DNA of 64,000 bases from a virus: positions 1 through 64,000 of IMG/VR virus record IMGVR_UViG_3300020474_000004; one strand, given 5' to 3'. The translations under genes and the position numbers were made by a program. Positions 1-8,165 of the stretch are shown here, in pieces (positions within the stretch are counted from its first letter, which is position 1; the number at the start of each line of letters is the position of its first letter). The notes under the pieces were generated by a model that worked only from the letters and a program-made list of their open reading frames with translations, was not told the origin of the DNA and searched no databases.

Positions 1-54
1 AGTTGTTGATGTTGTGTTCAATCAAGGTCAACCAGCTATCAGTGAGGTCCGCAA

Positions 55-288
55 ATGAGTCAGCAACCAACAAATAGTAACATACTTGACCCTCAATGTG
101 GACCTCTGGGGTTCGTTGTTGGGGACTGGGATGACATAAATGGATTTTATGCTGCTGTTCCCTGCGGCAAGGGTCTTATGGTCATCCACCAAGGGAAACA
201 ACTTAAAAAATGCAGAAACTCAACTAGCGCCCACAATTTCATAGAACGACACAAAAGGAAAAGGTCTGTCGCCCGTCTGCCTGTGTGA
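55..288 (+). CDS. Hypothetical early protein (77 aa)
   Basis: ATG ORF preceded by GAGG; its stop lies in the next promoter element. Confidence 0.7.
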   Translation: MSQQPTNSNILDPQCGPLGFVVGDWDDINGFYAAVPCGKGLMVIHQGKQLKKCRNSTSAHNFIERHKRKRSVARLPV

Positions 289-342
289 CGGTCGGCAAAC
301 CGGAGCAGATCCCTTGACCTCTGCTTGAAACCATAATATATT
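285..342 (+). promoter_or_regulatory. Early sigma70-like promoter with degenerate upstream dyad
   Basis: TTGACC (314-319), 17 bp, TATATT (337-342); upstream GTGACGGT at 285; downstream hairpin ACTGGTGG/CCACCAGT at about 367-387. Confidence 0.7.
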
Positions 343-422
343 AGGTTCATGGGAGAGCAATCGCCTTAAAGGATGCACTGGTGGAGTCGCCACCAGTCCA
401 AATAAACCAATTTTATTTCAAC

Positions 423-1166
423 ATGTCTTATGTAACTGACGGTTCCGTTCACTATTCTGGAATCAAGAACGAAGGTAAAACAGCAGAAATTCTAACAGAA
501 AAAAACACTTTTGGATGCAACGTAGAAACCCGTGGAGGCACAAAGTTCAAGGAAGATATGGTAGCAGGAGAAGTTAAAATCTCTGCCAAAGACAAGAAGA
601 GACTGTCTACTGGTTCTTTTGATTGGGTCAATACCAGTAAGGTAGTATCCGGTATTTTTGGCGATCATTTTGATACTTTCAAACGGGAAGTATATGGGAT
701 TCGTGAGATGGACATTGATGATCGTGTGACCTATTTTTCCACCATCCGTAAGAAGTTTGCTGATATTTGCTCTGCGGGATTTGATTATCTCTCTAAGGAT
801 CAAGTTTGCAATCTCATCGTTAATTCTATCACTCATGGAATTGACTGGGTATTTGTAAATGATAAGGAGCACAATGTACTCTATCAATTCAATCCGCAAG
901 ATCATCCTGCCGTAAAGATGGCACAAATCTGCGACTTTGTAAAATTCGCTGGTCGTGGTAAGTCCTCACGAAAAGTAATCTTTGTAAAGGATGGAGTTGA
1001 ATATGATTATGGTATTCGTCTTCGTATTACTTCTAACAACGGAGTGACTGCATTTCTCGGTCTTTCAAAGGCAAACAACAACTCTCAGATCGTGCTCAAA
1101 CTTCAGCAGGATTCTGCTCACAAACTCGTTAAGCAGTGGATCAACTGCACTACTATTTCTTACTGA
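423..1166 (+). CDS. Putative PD-(D/E)xK-family (restriction endonuclease-like) nuclease
   Basis: GIKNE...RGGTKFKED-x7-ISAK resembles a D-xn-(S/E)xK active site; ATG 423 preferred over GTG 381. Confidence 0.5.
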   Translation: MSYVTDGSVHYSGIKNEGKTAEILTEKNTFGCNVETRGGTKFKEDMVAGEVKISAKDKKRLSTGSFDWVNTSKVVSGIFGDHFDTFKREVYGIREMDIDDRVTYFSTIRKKFADICSAGFDYLSKDQVCNLIVNSITHGIDWVFVNDKEHNVLYQFNPQDHPAVKMAQICDFVKFAGRGKSSRKVIFVKDGVEYDYGIRLRITSNNGVTAFLGLSKANNNSQIVLKLQQDSAHKLVKQWINCTTISY

Positions 1167-1187
1167 TTCTTTTTTATCTTATACATC

Positions 1188-1397
1188 ATGGGACTCGGAC
1201 ACCACTGCGCTCTGCGAATCAAAAACAAATCATGGACTGCTGGCATCGATGATCCTTCCAAGGCAAACTACACTGTCGCTCAAAAATACTTTGAGGCAGA
1301 ATTGACCTGGAAGGAAAACATGAAAGCAACTATTGAACCATTTGTTGATTCTTTGGGTCATCAAGGTTTCAAAATCAAGGTAGCACACATCGGTTAG
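1188..1397 (+). CDS. Hypothetical protein (69 aa)
   Basis: ATG ORF filling the gap between two genes. Confidence 0.6.
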   Translation: MGLGHHCALRIKNKSWTAGIDDPSKANYTVAQKYFEAELTWKENMKATIEPFVDSLGHQGFKIKVAHIG

Positions 1398-1405
1398 TTT
1401 TGCTT

Positions 1406-1440
1406 TAGCACTTGACAAAAGATGTCAAGTGCTATATAAT
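1406..1440 (+). promoter_or_regulatory. Consensus sigma70 promoter embedded in a 12-bp inverted repeat
   Basis: TTGACA (1412-1417), 17 bp, TATAAT (1435-1440); TAGCACTTGACA-aaaga-TGTCAAGTGCTA. Confidence 0.85.
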
Positions 1441-1464
1441 CACATTATTACCAACTGACAACAG

Positions 1465-2658
1465 ATGACAACTTCAATTCTGGTTCCTCAGATTCAAGTT
1501 CATGACGATAAGTATCAAGGTCAACGTATTGTTGAAACTTATCACAGAATTAAGGTTCACACCAATGAAGCACCTAAGATTCAAGATGTTACCAAGCGTC
1601 TTCTTAGACAGGAATCTTCACAATTAAAATATACTAATGAAATTATTAGGTTAGACCCTAAGGAAGTCAAACCAATGCAAACTAGGACAGCAGATCTTGT
1701 CCTGAGTAATGTTGCAGAAATCCTTCAATTCCTCAATAAAGAAGGGTATGATCCTACAGAACTTCCTCCTTGTGTGGTAAAGTTTCGTGGTGAGTATTAT
1801 ATCATAAACGGACACCATCAGACTGCTGCATTGATTGAACGAGGACAATCTCTGTGGATTTATGATTTATATGAATATACTGGTCCTAATGATTTTGATA
1901 GTTTTGAGAAGGCAGTAAAGAGTCTTGGTAAAAAGATCAATCTTGTTGGTGCTACACCAAAGCACGATCAAAAACCATTTGAACTTGTCAACGGTTACAT
2001 CCTAGATATTCAAAAGAATTATGAGAAAACTGGTGTAGCACATTTGCTTTGTGATGCAGATGGAATTCCAATTCCACTCACCAAAAAATGTGTAGAAACT
2101 GTCCTAGATGATGATGGATTTACTGCCCACTGGGGACCAGATAAATCCTCTGGTTTGAAGAGTGTTTATACTAAAGCAGTTCAAAAGATTCTTGAATGGG
2201 AAAATCACAACGCATCTAATATCCGCTCTTTTACTGATCCTTGGAAAAAGAAATTGATCCGTGCTGGTAAATTCAAGAGTGACGGAAAGATGTCTGCTGA
2301 TGGATATAAGTGCTTTATGGTTTGCACAGACAATCCAAACTCTGACGGTGTTAAGTTGTTTCTTCAAGCAATGTCTAGCACCTCTCCAGTCAGATTTCTT
2401 AGTTATTCTAAGGAAACTGATGATCCTCAAAAGGTGATTGAAAATGAAAAAGCATATCTTAAGAAAGCATATAATACTTATGTTGAGTCTGTAAAATTTC
2501 ACAATGATATGGTTGAGGATTTTGAAGATGATCGAGTCCGTGATAAACTGAAGAGTGTACCATATTCTTTTGAACAGTTTCTATCCCGTTTTGAATGGTG
2601 GGCAGTTGCACAACTAGATGATGAGGGTATTGATGTTATCCAACGGAACGTGCTATAA
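1465..2658 (+). CDS. Protein with a ParB/Srx-like N-terminal domain (397 aa)
   Basis: LPPCVVKFRGEYYIINGHHQTAAL resembles the ParB P-I-x-V...Y-x-IIDGHHR-x-x-A motif. Confidence 0.6.
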   Translation: MTTSILVPQIQVHDDKYQGQRIVETYHRIKVHTNEAPKIQDVTKRLLRQESSQLKYTNEIIRLDPKEVKPMQTRTADLVLSNVAEILQFLNKEGYDPTELPPCVVKFRGEYYIINGHHQTAALIERGQSLWIYDLYEYTGPNDFDSFEKAVKSLGKKINLVGATPKHDQKPFELVNGYILDIQKNYEKTGVAHLLCDADGIPIPLTKKCVETVLDDDGFTAHWGPDKSSGLKSVYTKAVQKILEWENHNASNIRSFTDPWKKKLIRAGKFKSDGKMSADGYKCFMVCTDNPNSDGVKLFLQAMSSTSPVRFLSYSKETDDPQKVIENEKAYLKKAYNTYVESVKFHNDMVEDFEDDRVRDKLKSVPYSFEQFLSRFEWWAVAQLDDEGIDVIQRNVL

Positions 2659-2680
2659 TAGAAAAAGAGTAATTGTGTGA

Positions 2681-3703
2681 ATGTCGAATATTCAAATCTT
2701 AGAACAACCTGCTGAAGAGATGGTAAATCTAGACCAGACATTTGATCTTGTCTATATGGATCCACCATTCGGATTGCAGCGTGATTTTAAGATGCAAGAG
2801 TCTGATGGTTCGGAGAAAAGTTTCTCTGACCATTGGACTTCTTTTGATGCTTACACTGACTGGTATGCAGATATTATTAACAAAGCATGGTCTAAGTTGA
2901 ACAAAAATGGTTGGATGTACTGCCATAATAATTTCATCGGTAATGCTCTAGTAATGTCCAAGATTGATAAAAAGATTAGAGACGCATTTTATACTAACAT
3001 TTCATGGAAACGTAGTGGACCAAAGAATAATATCAAGAATGGTTGGGGTAACATTGTAGATTCAATTATTGTATTCAGAAAAGGTAGTCCGATGTTTGTC
3101 GTCGAATATACCTCACTTGATCCTGTTTATGCTGCAAATAGTTTTCAGAATAGAGATGACATCGGTCACTATGCTCTCGCAAAAGTAACAGGAGAAAAGA
3201 GCAGACCATGTGCTAAGTTTGAATTTACTGTTGAAACTAACGAATTGGATTATATGGGAGAGAAAATTAAAAAAACATACAATCCCGACTATGGGTTTCG
3301 TGTAACTAGGGAAAAATTGGAAGAACTGGACGCACAGGATAGATTGCACTACGGTACAAATAATATCTACAAAAAAATCTATTCTCATGAGTCCAAAGGT
3401 GTTCCCGTGCAAAATCTATGGGATGATGTATATTTTATCAGCAGAAGTGAGAAGAACAAACGTAAGTATCCTACACAAAAACCTCTTAAATTGTTAGAAC
3501 GTATCATAAAGTCATCATGTCCTGATGACGGATGGGTTCTAGATCCTTTCTGCGGATCAGGAACAACAGCAATCTCATCATATAACTTAGGCAGGAATTG
3601 TGTGACGATGGATGTTAATCCAGACTCTATTCGGATTGCACAAGAGACAATCGATGAACTGTCCACTAACACTTGCAATTCCTTGATGAATACGCTATCT
3701 TAG
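2681..3703 (+). CDS. Beta-class N6-adenine/N4-cytosine DNA methyltransferase
   Basis: N-terminal catalytic motif IV LVYMDPPF; C-terminal YPTQKP and SAM-binding motif I VLDPFCGSGTT. Confidence 0.92.
   Translation: MSNIQILEQPAEEMVNLDQTFDLVYMDPPFGLQRDFKMQESDGSEKSFSDHWTSFDAYTDWYADIINKAWSKLNKNGWMYCHNNFIGNALVMSKIDKKIRDAFYTNISWKRSGPKNNIKNGWGNIVDSIIVFRKGSPMFVVEYTSLDPVYAANSFQNRDDIGHYALAKVTGEKSRPCAKFEFTVETNELDYMGEKIKKTYNPDYGFRVTREKLEELDAQDRLHYGTNNIYKKIYSHESKGVPVQNLWDDVYFISRSEKNKRKYPTQKPLKLLERIIKSSCPDDGWVLDPFCGSGTTAISSYNLGRNCVTMDVNPDSIRIAQETIDELSTNTCNSLMNTLS
3644..3701 (+). promoter_or_regulatory. Early promoter repeat element
   Basis: GAGACAAT-N5-AACTGTCCAC, TTGCAA (3673-3678), 17 bp, TATCTT (3696-3701). 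Confidence 0.75.
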
Positions 3704-3707
3704 GAAT

Positions 3708-4616
3708 ATGAAAAACACACACCTCCAACATCCCGAAGATTCCATCCTGACGGGTGATCTTTCTGCACTTGATTGGTTTCTTGCTGATAGTGATTTATCA
3801 GTAAAGATTGATGGTGCTCCCGCTATTGTTTACGGTACAAACCCTGCTAATGGAAAATTCTTCGTCGGCACCAAAAGTGTCTTCAACAAAGTCAAAATCA
3901 AAATTAACCAAACGCATGAAGAAATTGAGCAAAATCACACTGGGGCAGTTGCTAAAATTCTGCATCATTCTCTTGATTGCCTCACTCCTACCACCGATGT
4001 TATACAATGTGATTTTATTGGGTTTGGTGGTGATGATACTTTCACACCTAATACGCTGACCTATGTGTTTGATGATATTATCTATCAGGATATTATCGTA
4101 GCACCTCATACAATCTACACAACCGACACAAATGATCTGCGTGATGCTGTTGCTCACCCGTTGGTAGATTACGACTTCACTGATACTGACCGCTGTAAGT
4201 ATGTGCGTCCTCGTGCATGGCAACTCGACGAAGATTTCGATCAGATCGTAGCTTTTGCCCGTCAAATGTCCACCATGTGTGATTTCATCGACGCGAAGCA
4301 ATCACGTCAGATTCAGCAACAACTTAACAGCATCATTCGTGCTGGGTTGGATATTGATGACATCACGCTAGAAGCACTGGCATTTGCGAATCAAATCGAT
4401 CTAAGTTTGCTACGTCTGTGGTCATTAGTCAAGTCAATCAAGGATGATATGCTGTTTTTGATGCGTAACAATGGACCCAAAGCGTTCATCGGTCGCAAGC
4501 AATGTGGTGGCGAAGGATATGTTCGCACCAACGAATATGGCATGTTTAAGTTAGTCAATCGCTCGTCATTCTCTCACGCAAACTTCAACAATACCCGGTT
4601 CTCCTGTGCCAGTTGA
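3708..4616 (+). CDS. ATP-dependent ligase/nucleotidyltransferase-fold protein (RNA-ligase-like), conserved in cyanophages
   Basis: Motif I SVKIDG, motif III-like QCDF, motif IV EGYV, motif V FKLV. Confidence 0.65.
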   Translation: MKNTHLQHPEDSILTGDLSALDWFLADSDLSVKIDGAPAIVYGTNPANGKFFVGTKSVFNKVKIKINQTHEEIEQNHTGAVAKILHHSLDCLTPTTDVIQCDFIGFGGDDTFTPNTLTYVFDDIIYQDIIVAPHTIYTTDTNDLRDAVAHPLVDYDFTDTDRCKYVRPRAWQLDEDFDQIVAFARQMSTMCDFIDAKQSRQIQQQLNSIIRAGLDIDDITLEALAFANQIDLSLLRLWSLVKSIKDDMLFLMRNNGPKAFIGRKQCGGEGYVRTNEYGMFKLVNRSSFSHANFNNTRFSCAS

Positions 4617-4664
4617 TCAAAGTGTCCACTACCCCTTGCGCTTTGCCGCTTGGGGTGCCATACT
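4606..4664 (+). promoter_or_regulatory. Early promoter repeat element
   Basis: GTGCCAGT-N6-AAGTGTCCAC, CCCTTGCGC (-35 at 4636), 17 bp, extended TGC-CATACT (4659-4664). Confidence 0.8.
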
Positions 4665-4693
4665 ATAGGAGTAGTCAAGGGAGTCCCCCTCAC

Positions 4694-4882
4694 ATGCGTT
4701 GCACCAAAGCACAAGTTGTTCAACAGTTCCGCTACAACTGGCAAGTCTATGTCAAACAGAACCCCAATCGCCGTGGTGATGTGATTGCCAAGCGTGAATC
4801 ATGGAACAACTTTGTTGATCGATTAAACGAAGAAGGTTATGTCACTGACAACCAAGCATACAACTGGACTAACCCTTTTTGA
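4694..4882 (+). CDS. Hypothetical early protein (62 aa)
   Basis: First ATG downstream of the promoter; MRCTKAQ...WTNPF. Confidence 0.7.
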   Translation: MRCTKAQVVQQFRYNWQVYVKQNPNRRGDVIAKRESWNNFVDRLNEEGYVTDNQAYNWTNPF

Positions 4883-4923
4883 TGCCCACTCTTTACATTC
4901 ACCCATCACACATTTCAAACATC

Positions 4924-5265
4924 ATGACATTTTGTGCTCCTACAAACAAAGCAGAGTATCTCACCGAGTGCCTGCTTGAAGTTGTCAACAACCGTTGGAA
5001 GGTTGATGCTATTGAGTCCGGTCGCAGTTTCTATCACAAACTGACCTACAAGGTTGGCAGAAAGTACATCAAAGTGATGGACAGCACAGTTGGTATCAAG
5101 AATCAATCCAACGGTGTGTTCATGTTCGTCGATAAAGAGACCGGTGCATGTTACAAACCCGCATCATGGGCAGCACCTGCTAAGGGTATTCGTTTCTACA
5201 TTGAATCACTTGTAGAAACCCCTGAAGTTGTTGATCCTTACGGTTCCTTCCTGTATATCCGATGA
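4924..5265 (+). CDS. Conserved phage hypothetical protein
   Basis: GRKYIKV...FVDKETG-x-x-YKPASWAAPAKGIRF motif, recalled as widespread in phage early regions; start uncertain (4882 or 4924). Confidence 0.75.
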   Translation: MTFCAPTNKAEYLTECLLEVVNNRWKVDAIESGRSFYHKLTYKVGRKYIKVMDSTVGIKNQSNGVFMFVDKETGACYKPASWAAPAKGIRFYIESLVETPEVVDPYGSFLYIR

Positions 5266-5522
5266 GAGACATTTTTTCCGATTCACTACGTAAACTCAAC
5301 AAACTTTCTATCTACAAACCAATGCAGTATCGTATCACAGAGATTGACATTGACTTCTCTGATTCTCTTGATGATATTACACAAGAGGAGCAGAATGAAG
5401 TGATTGATGAAGTCATGGCAACAACATGGGAAGCAGTTGATGCTGACGATCTCGTAGAGGAGATTACAGCAGCAACCGGATGGTGTGTCAATTCGATTGA
5501 CTATTGCTACGTTCTTCAATGA
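5262..5522 (+). CDS. Acidic hypothetical early protein
   Basis: ORF with DLVEEITAATGWCVNSIDY; start may be 5322. Confidence 0.7.
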   Translation: MRDIFSDSLRKLNKLSIYKPMQYRITEIDIDFSDSLDDITQEEQNEVIDEVMATTWEAVDADDLVEEITAATGWCVNSIDYCYVLQ

Positions 5523-5650
5523 ATGATGACTTGAAACGTTCGATCCTTGAGTTACAACTTAGACGCTCTGATCTAGTAGAGGAACTCAAGGAAATCGATC
5601 TTCAAATACAATTCCTCACTGAACAACTGGAGAAAGACTATGATCTTTAA
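5519..5650 (+). CDS. Small coiled-coil protein (43 aa, not in the ORF track)
   Basis: MNDDLKRSILELQLRRSDLVEELKEIDLQIQFLTEQLEKDYDL; ATGA overlap with the upstream stop. Confidence 0.6.
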   Translation: MNDDLKRSILELQLRRSDLVEELKEIDLQIQFLTEQLEKDYDL

Positions 5651-5894
5651 GGGCACTAATCCATCCCCCGTTTATGTTAGCCAAGGACGCGACAACTATA
5701 GTGTATCGGTCTATAGTTCGACCAAGTTTGATACTCAGGGAGTGATTGAGCATCACTACAAGACATTCAGAACAAAGTATCAAAGTTACTTTGCAGCAGA
5801 AGATGCTGGGTGGAATTATATTAACTCACGACAATCATGGCAAGCATGGAGAGGAACAATCAAAGCATACGAGAACGCAGCAGTGTGCCAGTGA
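5640..5894 (+). CDS. Hypothetical early protein (84 aa)
   Basis: ATG with GGAG upstream; stop lies inside the promoter dyad. Confidence 0.65.
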   Translation: MIFKGTNPSPVYVSQGRDNYSVSVYSSTKFDTQGVIEHHYKTFRTKYQSYFAAEDAGWNYINSRQSWQAWRGTIKAYENAAVCQ

Positions 5895-5942
5895 ACGAAC
5901 TGTCCACTACCCCTTGCGTTCTGTTCTGATCCGTGCCATTAT
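5885..5942 (+). promoter_or_regulatory. Early promoter repeat element
   Basis: GTGCCAGT-N5-AACTGTCCAC-TACCCC-TTGCGT (5914-5919), 17 bp, TGC-CATTAT (5937-5942). Confidence 0.8.
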
Positions 5943-5971
5943 AGAAGAGTCAAAGGAACGCTTCTCTCCCC

Positions 5972-6223
5972 ATGCAACTCACTTCTAAAGACGGCAACAT
6001 GGTTGTTGACTTCTACCCCGTCAAGTTTGCTGACGGAACTATTCACAACCGTCTCATCCTCAAAGTTGTAACTTTCGTCGGTGCAACTCAATCCAAGCGT
6101 TATATCAACAAGAAAGATATGGCGTATGAGATTGATTCTCGTGTTGAGGGTTATGGTTATCAAATCACCGATGATTCGATGATTCCTCAGCTTCTCAACT
6201 CTGCAATGTGTCTTGCTTGCTGA
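5972..6223 (+). CDS. Hypothetical early protein (83 aa)
   Basis: First ORF after the promoter. Confidence 0.7.
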   Translation: MQLTSKDGNMVVDFYPVKFADGTIHNRLILKVVTFVGATQSKRYINKKDMAYEIDSRVEGYGYQITDDSMIPQLLNSAMCLAC

Positions 6224-6225
6224 TT

Positions 6226-6426
6226 ATGTCTCTCATCAAAAACTACCTTCACGCTAACATGAACGACCTGCAAATGCTCACTGCTCGCGAACAACTTATG
6301 GAGGACATTGATTGCATTATCTCTGAGTTCTTCAATGATACTTGGGGTGATTATGATGAGGCAGAATGTAATCAACTGATCGAAACAGTTTGTGATGCTG
6401 TCTGCAAGAACTTTCCCACTAAGTAA
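6226..6426 (+). CDS. Acidic hypothetical early protein
   Basis: REQLMEDIDCII...CDAVCKNFP; start 6226 or 6259. Confidence 0.65.
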   Translation: MSLIKNYLHANMNDLQMLTAREQLMEDIDCIISEFFNDTWGDYDEAECNQLIETVCDAVCKNFPTK

Positions 6427-6653
6427 TGTCTTTCGTCTCCAACTTCACTGATTCTAACACCATGAACAACAACAAAATCATCGACCGCGATCAACTTCAA
6501 GATGCCATGATTCAGCAGATCTTGGATGACATGGACATCAAAACAATGATGGCAATTCTTTATGATAGCATGAGTGAGGATTATGATATGTATTCGGACG
6601 AAGAAATCATGGAAGAGGTGAAAGAATACTACCCACATTTGATGGAGGAGTGA
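6426..6653 (+). CDS. Acidic hypothetical early protein
   Basis: ILDDMDIKTMMAILYD...EVKEYYPHLMEE. Confidence 0.7.
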   Translation: MSFVSNFTDSNTMNNNKIIDRDQLQDAMIQQILDDMDIKTMMAILYDSMSEDYDMYSDEEIMEEVKEYYPHLMEE

Positions 6654-6709
6654 ACTTATAGGACCGTCACCGACCCATAAGTCACGCTAATCGGTCAATC
6701 CCTGAAACG

Positions 6710-6751
6710 GTAGCAACCGATACAGCAAAAAACCCAAATCTGTGCCATATT
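6710..6751 (+). promoter_or_regulatory. Putative class II NtcA-activated promoter
   Basis: GTA-gcaaccga-TAC (6710-6723), 22 bp, CATATT (6746-6751) with a TG extension; no TTG-type -35. Confidence 0.65.
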
Positions 6752-6757
6752 AGAATC

Positions 6758-6937
6758 ATGGAAAACAAAGCAACCTTCTCAACCGAAAACCTAACTGAAC
6801 TTCAGGACTTTATGTTCGATACTATGTGCTCCAACGATATGGCAGTTGATTGGTTCTGCGATCGTTTCGGAGTTAATGCAACTGACGAAGTGATTGATTT
6901 CGTCCTTGATGCACATGATGCTTTCTTCGGTAACTGA
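6758..6937 (+). CDS. Small acidic protein (59 aa, not in the ORF track); probable paralog of 8247..8462
   Basis: MENKATFSTENLTELQDFMFDTMCSNDMAVDWFCDRFGVNATDEVIDFVLDAHDAFFGN. Confidence 0.7.
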   Translation: MENKATFSTENLTELQDFMFDTMCSNDMAVDWFCDRFGVNATDEVIDFVLDAHDAFFGN

Positions 6938-6950
6938 ACCTTACTCTATT

Positions 6951-7112
6951 ATGAACATGAACATCTACAACGAAATCCTCAAAGTTTGGAACAACGAAAC
7001 ACCTGATGATTTTGCTATCTTCAGTGACTTCTATTACCAGATGTTCGGTGAGGATTTTAACATTCCCTACACCACTGATTCAAATACTTCTTCATTTTTT
7101 CCCTACGACTGA
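6951..7112 (+). CDS. Hypothetical early protein (53 aa)
   Basis: ATG 6951 avoids overlap with the upstream ORF. Confidence 0.55.
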   Translation: MNMNIYNEILKVWNNETPDDFAIFSDFYYQMFGEDFNIPYTTDSNTSSFFPYD

Positions 7113-7123
7113 TTAACAACAAC

Positions 7124-7324
7124 ATGACTGAATCTAAGTTCAATCTTTACGGCGAACACATCCGCCCTAATGGTCATCAACAGTACGACATTTTGAGTTA
7201 CATTGCTGAGACAAGAGAGGATGCTATTGCTACATGTAGGAAGAACAATCCTTACTTTAACATTATTACAATTCAGGTAGATGATACAGCACCTGAAGTT
7301 GTCAAACTGCAATCTCTTATCTGA
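7124..7324 (+). CDS. Hypothetical early protein (66 aa)
   Basis: Tightly packed ATG ORF. Confidence 0.65.
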   Translation: MTESKFNLYGEHIRPNGHQQYDILSYIAETREDAIATCRKNNPYFNIITIQVDDTAPEVVKLQSLI

Positions 7325-7334
7325 TTTTCTGATC

Positions 7335-7616
7335 ATGAACAACACACTCAAAGATCATCTGGAACTTGTCAACGAACTAATTGAAAAGCACGGTGAAGAT
7401 GCACATTGTGCCGCATGGGTTTTCACTGCTGAAAATTGCATTGTTTTTCATGAAGATACAGAGGAGTATCATTTTGTGGCAGAAGGTAATTCCGAGCTAG
7501 CAGAAAGAATCCTCAGCAATGTTTGTGACGATGATCACATCTTTCAGGAGATTCAGGCACTCGTAGATGAGGTTACAGAGGAGCAATATATGCTCTATCA
7601 ACAGGAGTTAGTATGA
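7335..7616 (+). CDS. Acidic hypothetical early protein
   Basis: LIEKHGEDAHCAAWVFT; ATG 7335. Confidence 0.7.
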   Translation: MNNTLKDHLELVNELIEKHGEDAHCAAWVFTAENCIVFHEDTEEYHFVAEGNSELAERILSNVCDDDHIFQEIQALVDEVTEEQYMLYQQELV

Positions 7617-7804
7617 ACACAACAACCGCAACTTACAAAATTGATGTGACACAAGAGTGTGGAAATGTTCTCACTTATATGAGAACGATGCCCACACGCC
7701 CAACAACACATAGAGGCATTAAATCACACAACACAAAACTAGAAAATTGGGCAAAGAATGTTTGCCATAACTGGAAAGAAATCAACGTCACTTTGCTTCC
7801 CTAA
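7613..7804 (+). CDS. Hypothetical early protein (63 aa)
   Basis: ATGA overlap, GGAG ribosome-binding site. Confidence 0.65.
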   Translation: MNTTTATYKIDVTQECGNVLTYMRTMPTRPTTHRGIKSHNTKLENWAKNVCHNWKEINVTLLP

Positions 7805-7805
7805 A

Positions 7806-8165
7806 ATGTTATTTGTTTCAGGTAAATCAAGGTTCTCCGATCTTACTTCGAGAGTTTACGAGTTTTTTACTGCGATATACGAGATTCGCAGCGACGTAGA
7901 AATTTACTCCTGCAATCTACGAGATGAGAACGCCCTTGGATTTACAGAGGTAAATGGTGATGAGCAATTTGTTCAGGTACATCATAGTCTGACATATGAG
8001 GAGCATGTGAAAACAATTCTCCACGAACTTGTCCATGTTGTTCAGAACGAGAATGGTATGATTGACGAGGTTGAGAGAGAATCACAAGCATATAATATGG
8101 AGGAGGTTCTTTACAAGAAGTGGTGTGCCAGTCAGAGAAGTGTCACAACCCCCCTTGTAATTTGA
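7806..8165 (+). CDS. Small HExxH zincin-like metallopeptidase-domain protein
   Basis: TILHELVHVVQ followed by ERESQAY (candidate third ligand Glu). Confidence 0.7.
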   Translation: MLFVSGKSRFSDLTSRVYEFFTAIYEIRSDVEIYSCNLRDENALGFTEVNGDEQFVQVHHSLTYEEHVKTILHELVHVVQNENGMIDEVERESQAYNMEEVLYKKWCASQRSVTTPLVI

